From Opitutales bacterium (GTDB lineage: Bacteria; Verrucomicrobiota; Verrucomicrobiia; Opitutales; PNEW01), in contig CBDCNV010000001.1 of the NCBI GenBank assembly GCA_965219535.1, forward strand, positions 360,001 through 392,000: a stretch of 32,000 nt of DNA. Direction: 5' to 3'. How positions within the stretch are numbered: position 1 is the first letter of the stretch; the number at the start of each line of letters is the position of its first letter. The notes beneath the pieces were generated by a model. It made no database searches. It had not been told where the DNA came from and saw only the letters and a list, made by a program, of their open reading frames with translations. Positions 9,255 to 17,260 of the stretch are shown one piece after another. Both the position numbers and the translations under genes were made by a program.

Positions 9255-10124
9255 ATGCAGAAGGAAGGTAATCATGTTTATGCTGAGGATTTCCGGCTTC
9301 GTTTTCGAACGTGCCTTCATTCCTTGTTTCTATTCTATTCTCTTGTTCTATTTAGCGGTTGCGCGACAACCGCGCAGACGAATGGTAATCGTGATCCCCT
9401 GGAGAAGATCAATCGTCCCATACATAATTTAAATCATGCTCTTGATACAGCCTTTTTAAGCCCTGTGGTCGAAGTCTACGTAAAAGTTTTGCCCAAACCA
9501 ATTAGATCAGGAGTTTCAAATGTTTTCAGTAATTTAGGTGAACCTAATGTGATCATTAATGATATACTCCAGGGTAAGTTGAATATAGCAATGAGTGACA
9601 CGATGCGGTTTATTGTTAACTCAACAATTGGTCTTGGTGGCATACTCGATCCGGGAACCCAGATGGGACTCGTAAAACATCATGAAGACTATGGCCAGAC
9701 CTTTGCCGTATGGGGTTTTGGGGAGGGCCCCTATCTCGTTTTACCCTTGACTGGGCCGACTACTTTACGGGACTTACCTGGCAGTTTTCTAAGCTCATTT
9801 ACAAACCCAATTGTTTATATTAATGATGACGCGATTAGATTTACAATCGGCTCGCTCGGAATGCTTAACACGAGGGCAAATAACATAGATAATGTAAAGA
9901 ACGTCGATGAATCTGCAATCGATCGTTATATATTCGTGCGCGAAGCTTTCCGTAATAACAGGACTTTTAATATTTATGATGGAAACCCACCGCTTGAATC
10001 CATGCTTGAAGACGATCTATATTTCGATGACGATGAGTTAATTGAGGGAGAAGAATATGAGATGGAGGGGAACGCTGAAAAAGAGAATACGAGCGAGACC
10101 CAGACGCATGAAAATGAGGAGTAG
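9255..10124 (+). CDS. MlaA/VacJ-family outer-membrane lipoprotein with an acidic C-terminal tail
   Basis: It has the lipobox LFSGC. It also has the conserved DPLEKINRPIHNLNHALD ... NLGEPNVIINDILQGK stretch characteristic of MlaA/VacJ. The last ~45 residues are D/E-rich. Confidence 0.85.
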   Translation: MQKEGNHVYAEDFRLRFRTCLHSLFLFYSLVLFSGCATTAQTNGNRDPLEKINRPIHNLNHALDTAFLSPVVEVYVKVLPKPIRSGVSNVFSNLGEPNVIINDILQGKLNIAMSDTMRFIVNSTIGLGGILDPGTQMGLVKHHEDYGQTFAVWGFGEGPYLVLPLTGPTTLRDLPGSFLSSFTNPIVYINDDAIRFTIGSLGMLNTRANNIDNVKNVDESAIDRYIFVREAFRNNRTFNIYDGNPPLESMLEDDLYFDDDELIEGEEYEMEGNAEKENTSETQTHENEE

Positions 10125-10340
10125 TGGCGATCGATCTCAAATGTTATTTTATAGAATCGGTCCCTATACCTCGGCGTTAGACTTACGCTTGGAATTATCG
10201 GTATAATGCTATTTATTAAAAAGAAATAGCCTATTTGAAGCGATTTATCAGTCTTAATGTGCGTTTAAATCAAAACCTCTTCTCAACCTCAAAGCTTAAT
10301 AAGAATCAATCTGCAGAAGCATATATTAATTGTTTTATCT

Positions 10341-12863
10341 TTGAGCGTATTAGCGGGGTGTAGTGTAAACAATACACCACCGAAAGAGGTTATTCACTGG
10401 GAAAAACTTACCGAACTACCTGCCCCAGCTGGCTTATCGGGAACTTACGCCGGTGTGAGCGATGGCGCACTAATTGTCGCAGGTGGAGTGGGCTTTTCTG
10501 AAAATTCGCTTAGAGTTAAAGGCGGTCAAACTTGGCACGATGCAATTTATGTGCTCACGAATTCAAGTAAAGAAAATGAAGATTGGATAAGCGGATTCAA
10601 GTTGCCCCGATCTCTTGCCTACGGCGGATCGGTTACTAGCGATGACAGCTTGATACTCATAGGAGGGCGCGATGCGGAGAGAAGTTATAAAGATGTTATT
10701 CGTCTTCGATGGAATTCAACTACGCAAAAAATTGAACAGGAATCGTTACCCCCTTTACCTGCGCCTGTGGCCTATACTGCGGCGGACATTATTGGCGATA
10801 CTCTCTACATTGTTGGTGGTCAGGATTTGACGAATCCGTTAGCGTTGTTGAAAATTTTTTGGGCTTTGAACTTAAAAGATCTTGAGGCCGGGTGGATGGA
10901 ACTGGAGCCGTGGCCGGGTTCAGCTCGAAAAAATGCAGTCGCTGTAAGGCAAAACATTAGTCGAGATCATTACTTTTATCTCATCGGAGGCGAGGAGCTG
11001 AAGTCAGGAGACAAGGGCGAAGTTGAAATGAATGCGGTGACAGACGGCTACCGCTATTTCCCCTTCAACAAACAATGGGTCCCGATAAGCGATGCGCCAC
11101 ACTCGGTATCTGCTGCACCCCACATTGCATTTGGCCAATCTCACCTCATCGTCTTCGGCGGAGCAAGTGAAAATAAATTAGATTCAGCCTTCTCTAAAGA
11201 CCTGTTAGTCTATCACACCATTACTGACACCTGGATTAAAGAAGGAGAAATGCCACAGGGTGTAGTAATGACAAATGCTGTTGCATGGAATGGTGGTGTA
11301 GTCATTCCTAACGGTGAGATAAGTCCTGGAAAAAGCACGGCTGCGATTCAGTTTATGATCCATGAAGCAGGGGCCAATGCGGACTTCGGTTTTGTAAATT
11401 ACGCTTTTTTAGGTCTCTACATGATAGTACTTGTTTACATGGGCTTCTATTTCGTTAAGCGGGAAAAGAAAACAGAAGACTACTTTCTAGCAGGGCATCG
11501 TATACCCTGGTGGGCCGCGGGATTTAGCATTGTGGCTACGATATTCAGTGGGGATACTTTTTTCTCACAACCGGCGCTAGTTTACTCCGTGGACTGGTTT
11601 ATGTATCCGCAAAAGCTCTGTTATGTCTTCATCCCTATATTTGTTATTTATTTCTACCTCCCGTTTTTTCGCCGATTAAATTTAACGACCGCTTATGAGT
11701 ACCTCGAATACCGGTTTAATTATTTCGTGCGCTTATACGGTAGCGCGCAGTTTATCCTCTATCAATTAGTGCGATCCAGCATGGTGCTGTATTTACCATC
11801 GATCGCGCTTTCCACGATAACCGGTTTAAATATATATGTATGCATTCTCTCTATGGGAGTGTTGTGTACCTTTTACACCGTGTTGGGGGGTGTTGAAGCC
11901 GTGATATGGACTGATGTCATTCAAGCTATCGTCCTCATTCTGGGCGCGATCATTACCCTGATCATCATCCCCTTTTACATCGATGGCGGAATAAGCGGTT
12001 TTATCAAGACCTGTATCGCCGACGATAAACTTAGGATGCTTTATCTTGATGGTGACATTTCAGACACAAGAAATACTTGGGTAATGTTAATCGGTTCTAC
12101 TTTCGGAGCGCTTGTCGCTTATTCTTCCGACCAGGCAATAGTCCAACGTTACTTTACGACGCCTGATGAAAAAACTGCGGCTAAAAGTTTATGGATGAAT
12201 GCGATCGTGATGATTCCTATAACCTTTATTTTATATGCCGTGGGTTCGGCTCTTTATGTCTACTATAAAAGCAACCCCGCCGCTCTCGACCTTGGCATGC
12301 AAAATGATGCTATTTATCCGTTGTTCATCACCCAGAAAATTCCCATTGGATTGGCGGGATTAGTTATAGCCGCAATCTTTGCCGTCTCGATGTCCACGCT
12401 CGACAGTGGTATGAACTCGATTGCCACCGCGGTTGTAACAGATTTTTACCAACGTTTATTCCCCTCCAGTTCGGAAATCAGATCCTTGAAACTGGCTCGT
12501 TTAGTTACCTTAGCGGTTGGAGCTTTTGCCACCGTTGTCGCGATAATGTTTGCCACCATGGACATTAAATCGGTAACCCTGTTCTTCGTTTCCCTCCTTG
12601 GCCTAATCGGAAGTGGTCTCGGAGGTCTTTTTGCTTTAGGCATCTTTACGCGACGGTCTAATGGGCCCGGTGCGATCGTGGGTGCGCTTGGCAGCGCGAT
12701 TGTTCTTTTTTTAATCAAGACAAAGACCGAAGTAAATATTTTCCTCTATTCGGCGATTGGATTCATGCTCTGTTTTTGCCTGGGATATATTGCCAGTTTA
12801 TTAATCCCGGTGAAAAGTAAATCCCTCGATCGACTTACTATCTTTTCTCTCAAGCGAAAATAG
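10341..12863 (+). CDS. Fusion protein: N-terminal Kelch/NanM-like (cyclically permuted mutarotase-like) beta-propeller plus a C-terminal sodium:solute symporter (SSS/SLC5) domain
   Basis: Residues ~20-345 carry repeated Kelch-like blades (ALIVAGGVGF, SLILIGGRD, TLYIVGGQD, YFYLIGGEE, HLIVFGGAS). From ~350 the sequence has SSS hallmarks (EDYFLAGHRIPWWAAGFSIVAT, SMSTLDSGMNSIATAVVTDFY) and many TM helices. The track start is a TTG only 6 codons before a LAGC lipobox. The real start is probably upstream, between 10299 and 10311. Confidence 0.8.
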   Translation: MSVLAGCSVNNTPPKEVIHWEKLTELPAPAGLSGTYAGVSDGALIVAGGVGFSENSLRVKGGQTWHDAIYVLTNSSKENEDWISGFKLPRSLAYGGSVTSDDSLILIGGRDAERSYKDVIRLRWNSTTQKIEQESLPPLPAPVAYTAADIIGDTLYIVGGQDLTNPLALLKIFWALNLKDLEAGWMELEPWPGSARKNAVAVRQNISRDHYFYLIGGEELKSGDKGEVEMNAVTDGYRYFPFNKQWVPISDAPHSVSAAPHIAFGQSHLIVFGGASENKLDSAFSKDLLVYHTITDTWIKEGEMPQGVVMTNAVAWNGGVVIPNGEISPGKSTAAIQFMIHEAGANADFGFVNYAFLGLYMIVLVYMGFYFVKREKKTEDYFLAGHRIPWWAAGFSIVATIFSGDTFFSQPALVYSVDWFMYPQKLCYVFIPIFVIYFYLPFFRRLNLTTAYEYLEYRFNYFVRLYGSAQFILYQLVRSSMVLYLPSIALSTITGLNIYVCILSMGVLCTFYTVLGGVEAVIWTDVIQAIVLILGAIITLIIIPFYIDGGISGFIKTCIADDKLRMLYLDGDISDTRNTWVMLIGSTFGALVAYSSDQAIVQRYFTTPDEKTAAKSLWMNAIVMIPITFILYAVGSALYVYYKSNPAALDLGMQNDAIYPLFITQKIPIGLAGLVIAAIFAVSMSTLDSGMNSIATAVVTDFYQRLFPSSSEIRSLKLARLVTLAVGAFATVVAIMFATMDIKSVTLFFVSLLGLIGSGLGGLFALGIFTRRSNGPGAIVGALGSAIVLFLIKTKTEVNIFLYSAIGFMLCFCLGYIASLLIPVKSKSLDRLTIFSLKRK

Positions 12864-12893
12864 GTTGAAGTATTATTTCGTCGAAGCTTAGTC

Positions 12894-13925
12894 TTATTCT
12901 AAGTTGAGTTCACCGGCAAAGTGACAACCTACCTTGTGATTAGATTCGATCTCACGTAAAGGGGGATTTTCAAGTCGGCAGATAGCCTGGGCGTAAGGAC
13001 AACGAGGGTGAAATTTACAACCGTTGGGGGCGTTAGCGGGATTGGGGACATCACCTTCGACGGGCTGACGAGGAGGTTGATGATCAGGATCAACGGATGG
13101 AACCGCCGATAAGAGGGTCGCGGTATAGGGGTGCAGCGGCCGTTGATAAAGGCGATCAGCCGTGGCAATTTCAACTATTTCACCCAGATACATAACGGCG
13201 ATGCGGTCACTGATGTGTTCGACAACGCTCAGGTCATGGGCTACGAATAGGTAGGTAAGATTGAACTCATCCTGTAGATCGTCCATTAAATTAATTACCT
13301 GTGCCTGGATCGAGACATCCAGTGCGGAGACGGGTTCGTCAGCGATGATGAGGCTGGGAGTGAGAGCCAGGGCTCGAGCTATGCCTATGCGTTGGCGCTG
13401 ACCGCCGCTGAACGCGTGGGGATAACGACGTTGATGCTCAGCGTTCAGTCCAACATGCAATAAAAGCTGTTCTACTCTGTCTTCAAGTTCCGGCCCCGAA
13501 GCTACTTTGTTTATAATCAGGGGTTCTGCTACGATGTCGAATACCGTCATGAGAGGATTAAGCGATGAAAAAGGATCCTGAAAGATATATTGGAGATGCC
13601 GCCGAAAATTTCGCATCGACTCTTTGTCAAGTTCTCGCAGATCGACAATCTCTTCATCGTGATGAAAAATTATTTTTCCCTCTGTAGGTTCTATCAGCCG
13701 GATGAGAGAGCGCCCCAGCGTTGTTTTACCACATCCACTTTCTCCCACTAGTCCGAGAGTTTCTCCTTTTCCTAGAGTCAAGCTGACACCATCCACGGCT
13801 TTTACCTGACCGACTATGCTTCGCCAAATACCCTTTTTGATGGGGAAATAAGTTTTAAGATCTGTTACCTCAAGTAAAAGATTATCACTTTTTACGGTTT
13901 CACTATCAGGCTTATTATCCATCAC
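12894..13925 (-). CDS. Opp/Dpp-type ABC transporter ATP-binding protein (OppF/DppF-like)
   Basis: It has Walker [10 protein letters not shown], the signature FSGGQRQR and Walker [13 protein letters not shown]. The C-terminal oligopeptide-transporter extension contains [14 protein letters not shown]...C. The start overlaps the upstream gene's stop. Confidence 0.9.
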   Translation of the reverse strand: MMDNKPDSETVKSDNLLLEVTDLKTYFPIKKGIWRSIVGQVKAVDGVSLTLGKGETLGLVGESGCGKTTLGRSLIRLIEPTEGKIIFHHDEEIVDLRELDKESMRNFRRHLQYIFQDPFSSLNPLMTVFDIVAEPLIINKVASGPELEDRVEQLLLHVGLNAEHQRRYPHAFSGGQRQRIGIARALALTPSLIIADEPVSALDVSIQAQVINLMDDLQDEFNLTYLFVAHDLSVVEHISDRIAVMYLGEIVEIATADRLYQRPLHPYTATLLSAVPSVDPDHQPPRQPVEGDVPNPANAPNGCKFHPRCPYAQAICRLENPPLREIESNHKVGCHFAGELNLE

Positions 13926-14952
13926 TATTCTCTAACCAACAGCTTACTAAATGGCCCGGTTTAATTTCCTCTAAAGATGGAGGTTGGTGACATTTCTCCA
14001 TTGCGTGAGGGCAACGGGGTGCGAAAGAACAGCCAAGAATAGATTCATAAGGATCGGGTATCGTCCCTTCGATTGGGATCAGCCGTTCCTTTCGTCCTAA
14101 TTGTGGTATCGATTTTAAGAGCCCTTGAGTGTAGGGATGTTTGGGATTTTTTAAAATGGTCCTGACATCACCATATTCAACAATTTTTCCAAGGTACATC
14201 ACCGCGACATAATCTGCCATTCTCGCGACGACGCCAAGATCATGAGTAATGAGCATGATCGACATCTCGCCTTCCTCTTTCAATTGCTGCATTAAATCTA
14301 ATATTTGAGCCTGGACCGTAACGTCGAGTGCAGTCGTAGGTTCGTCCGCAATTAGGAGTCTGGGATTACACGAAAGGGCCATCGCGATCATTGCGCGTTG
14401 CCGCATCCCCCCGCTTAATTCGTGGGGGTAGGAATCCACTATACTTTCCGGATCGGGTAGGCGCACTTTCCGAAGAACTTCGATCGTCCTGACGCGCGCT
14501 TCATTTTTATCTACATGCTGGTGGAGAATAATGGCTTCACCTATTTGATTACCAACGGTGTGAACAGGACTCAGTGAGGTCATCGGCTCCTGAAAAATCA
14601 TCGCGATGTCATTCCCTCGAATGTCCCGTATTGCATCTCCTTTGGGATCGAGTTGGATAAGGTCAATCGGTGTCGATTGATTGCCGTTCTGATAAAGAAG
14701 AATTTCCCCATTCTCAATTTTACCCGGTGGGCTTGATATGAGCTGTATGATGGAAAACGCGGTTATACTTTTCCCACAACCACTTTCCCCGACTAGGCCG
14801 AGTGTCTGCCGGCTTCCAATCGTGAGCGAGACGCCATCGACCGCCTTAACAATTCCGTCATCGGTATAGAAGTAAGTCTTCAGGTTTTGAATCCTGAGTA
14901 GCGGTGAAGAACTATTATCTGTTGGCGCCATGGATAAATTATCGGGTTTCAA
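13915..14952 (-). CDS. Opp/Dpp-type ABC transporter ATP-binding protein (OppD/DppD-like)
   Basis: It has Walker A GESGCGKS, the signature LSGGMRQR and Walker [13 protein letters not shown]. The C-terminal motif is [14 protein letters not shown]...C. The track start at 14952 is a TTG, and an in-frame ATG at 14931 is an alternative. Confidence 0.9.
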   Translation of the reverse strand: MKPDNLSMAPTDNSSSPLLRIQNLKTYFYTDDGIVKAVDGVSLTIGSRQTLGLVGESGCGKSITAFSIIQLISSPPGKIENGEILLYQNGNQSTPIDLIQLDPKGDAIRDIRGNDIAMIFQEPMTSLSPVHTVGNQIGEAIILHQHVDKNEARVRTIEVLRKVRLPDPESIVDSYPHELSGGMRQRAMIAMALSCNPRLLIADEPTTALDVTVQAQILDLMQQLKEEGEMSIMLITHDLGVVARMADYVAVMYLGKIVEYGDVRTILKNPKHPYTQGLLKSIPQLGRKERLIPIEGTIPDPYESILGCSFAPRCPHAMEKCHQPPSLEEIKPGHLVSCWLENSDG

Positions 14953-14964
14953 ATATACACAATC

Positions 14965-16122
14965 TTAACTGTCGCTGAAAGGGGCGGTAGCGTCGCGGAG
15001 CCCATCGCCGAGAAAGTTGAAAGCAAGCACGGCGATAATGATGCACGCTCCCGGGGCAAGAAGCCACGGATAAAGACTGAGGGAGTGAAGATTCATCGCT
15101 TCCGAGAGGAGCAAACCCCAGCTCGTCATCGGGGCCTTAATTCCCAGGCCAAGAAAACTCAATGTGCTCTCAGCGAGAATGAAACCGGGAATGGCCAGGG
15201 TAGAAATGACAATAATGTGGCTGAACATCGAAGGTAAAAGGTGATTAAAAATAATGCGTCGGTCTTTAGCTCCGGACACACGCGCAGCGAGAATAAAATC
15301 AGAATCACGGATAGAGAGTGATTTGCCGCGTATCTCCCGGGCTAAACTCCCCCAGCCAATAAAGGAAAGGACAGTAACAATTCCCATGAATGTTAGATAG
15401 GAGGGCCACTCAGGTGGTAATATTGCGCTGAGCGCCATGAGAATGGGAATTTGTGGAAAGGTGTATATGAGCTCAATGATACGCTGAATAATATTGTCAA
15501 TTCTTCCTCCATAATAGCCAGAGATCACACCTAAACTGGACCCAATGGCGATACTGATAAAAACAGCGAGTAAGCCCACGGTAAAGGATACTCTTCCCCC
15601 GACCAGTAGTCTTGAAAAGAGGTCACGACCAAATCGGTCTGTTCCCATGAGGAAGAATGGATTTCCAAAACCGGTTCCGAATAGGTGAAGATCGGATTTA
15701 AACAATCCATAAAAAGAATAGGTGTCCCCACGCACAAAAAAATGAAGGGGATATTTTTTGGTCGCATCTTCGGTGTATTTTTTTATGCCCGTCTGGCTCT
15801 CTAAACTACTTTTTATCCCATAGACAAAGGGGCGGATCTGAAAACCATCCGGAGAAAAGAAATGAATGCCCTGTGGCGGTAAGTAGGTGTAATTAAAATA
15901 GCGTGTACTGATATTATGCGGACTTAAGAATTCGGCGAAGAGAAAGCAGAGGCATAGAAATATTACGACATACCCACCTGCAATTCCGATCTTATGCTTT
16001 TTGAATCGTCTCCAAATCAGTTTGCGATGAGAATAGGTGACCGTTGTCTCCGTTTTACCTACTACTGTAGAATCGAGAGAGGGTTGCGGCTGCGAATGAT
16101 TTTTGTCTGACACTTTAATCAT
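14965..16122 (-). CDS. Opp/Dpp-type ABC transporter permease (OppC/DppC-like)
   Basis: It has multiple TM helices and an EAA-type loop (ARVSGAKDRRIIFNHLLP). The track ORF extends to 16212. The ATG at 16122 (MIKVSDK...) overlaps the OppB-like stop as ATGATTAA, and I take it as the start. Confidence 0.85.
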   Translation of the reverse strand: MIKVSDKNHSQPQPSLDSTVVGKTETTVTYSHRKLIWRRFKKHKIGIAGGYVVIFLCLCFLFAEFLSPHNISTRYFNYTYLPPQGIHFFSPDGFQIRPFVYGIKSSLESQTGIKKYTEDATKKYPLHFFVRGDTYSFYGLFKSDLHLFGTGFGNPFFLMGTDRFGRDLFSRLLVGGRVSFTVGLLAVFISIAIGSSLGVISGYYGGRIDNIIQRIIELIYTFPQIPILMALSAILPPEWPSYLTFMGIVTVLSFIGWGSLAREIRGKSLSIRDSDFILAARVSGAKDRRIIFNHLLPSMFSHIIVISTLAIPGFILAESTLSFLGLGIKAPMTSWGLLLSEAMNLHSLSLYPWLLAPGACIIIAVLAFNFLGDGLRDATAPFSDS

Positions 16123-17113
16123 AGCGAATCCTTGGGTCAAGCCATGCCAGCGCAATGTCTGCCATAAGATTGCCGATAAGAAGAAAAGTGGCCGAGAGAA
16201 GAAGGAAGGCACCGGCGAGGTGCATATCCTGGGATATTAATGCGGTGAGAAATAGGGGGCCCGCGGTGGGCAGCCCAAGGACAATTCCAGTAACCACAGT
16301 CCCTGATAAAAGATTAGGCATTTCAATTCCCACTCGACTGATCAGCGGGTTGATGGCAATACGCACCGCGTATTTATAAATCACCACGCGTTCTTTTAAA
16401 CCTTTTGCCCGCCCGGTTTGTATATGTTGCTGATTAAGCGTGTCCATTAAATTTCCTCTCATGATGCGCATAACGGTTGCGGTTCCCGCGGCTCCGATGA
16501 CGATGATGGGTACCCAGATGTGTGCAAGCAGGTCACCGAACTTTTCAATCGACCAGGGCGCGCCAATAAACTCCGGTGAAAGCAATCCGCCCACTGACTC
16601 GGTGTCGAAGACGACGATTTGCATAAACATAATGATGAGCGCGAAAAGAAAACTGGGCGTTGCGAGACCAATGAAACCCAAAAGAGTAAAACTGTAATCG
16701 CCGAAAGTGTAGGGTCGGGTGGCGGAATAAATTCCTATTGGGATGGCGATCAACCAGGTGAAGAAAAGCGTCGTGAGAGTAAGGATCAGGGTAAGCCCCA
16801 GTCGATCCTTCAGCAGTATAATAACGTCCAATTCATAGGTGAATGATTCGCCGAAATCTAAGTAAAAAATAATATTTCCTATCCATCTTAAATATTGAAC
16901 GTATACCGGATCATTCAAACCATAGCGTTCGCGTAGTGCTTCCATCTGTTCTACTGCTCCACCCGATCCCATTTCACCCTGCTCCGCCCATTGGGCTAGC
17001 TTTGAAGTTAGCATATCTCCAGGGGGAGCCTGAATAATGAAAAAACTGAACATTGAAATTAGAATCAACGTCGGAATCATATTAAGTATACGGCGCAGAA
17101 TATAATTTATCAT
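16115..17113 (-). CDS. Opp/Dpp-type ABC transporter permease (OppB/DppB-like)
   Basis: It has the typical N-terminus MINYILRRILNMIPTLILIS, the EAA loop TGRAKGLKERVVIYKYAVR and the C-terminus DIALAWLDPRIRY. Confidence 0.9.
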   Translation of the reverse strand: MINYILRRILNMIPTLILISMFSFFIIQAPPGDMLTSKLAQWAEQGEMGSGGAVEQMEALRERYGLNDPVYVQYLRWIGNIIFYLDFGESFTYELDVIILLKDRLGLTLILTLTTLFFTWLIAIPIGIYSATRPYTFGDYSFTLLGFIGLATPSFLFALIIMFMQIVVFDTESVGGLLSPEFIGAPWSIEKFGDLLAHIWVPIIVIGAAGTATVMRIMRGNLMDTLNQQHIQTGRAKGLKERVVIYKYAVRIAINPLISRVGIEMPNLLSGTVVTGIVLGLPTAGPLFLTALISQDMHLAGAFLLLSATFLLIGNLMADIALAWLDPRIRYD

Positions 17114-17260
17114 CGTCAGTGCTTATTCGGTTGCGAATGTACATTGAGACATGCCGTTCTTATAAGATCAACCCGGGTTTTTAAAAATTTGTACCCAATA
17201 AGAACTGATAAGACAATTAATTGCATCGGGAATTTGACTTTTGTATCAATAGCGGAACCC

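Noticed and set aside
16123-16212. A 30-codon N-terminal extension of the OppC-like permease, as in the track ORF
   Set aside because: The extension lies wholly inside the OppB-like coding region. The ATG at 16122 forms an ATGATTAA overlap with the upstream stop, which is the more conventional coupled start.
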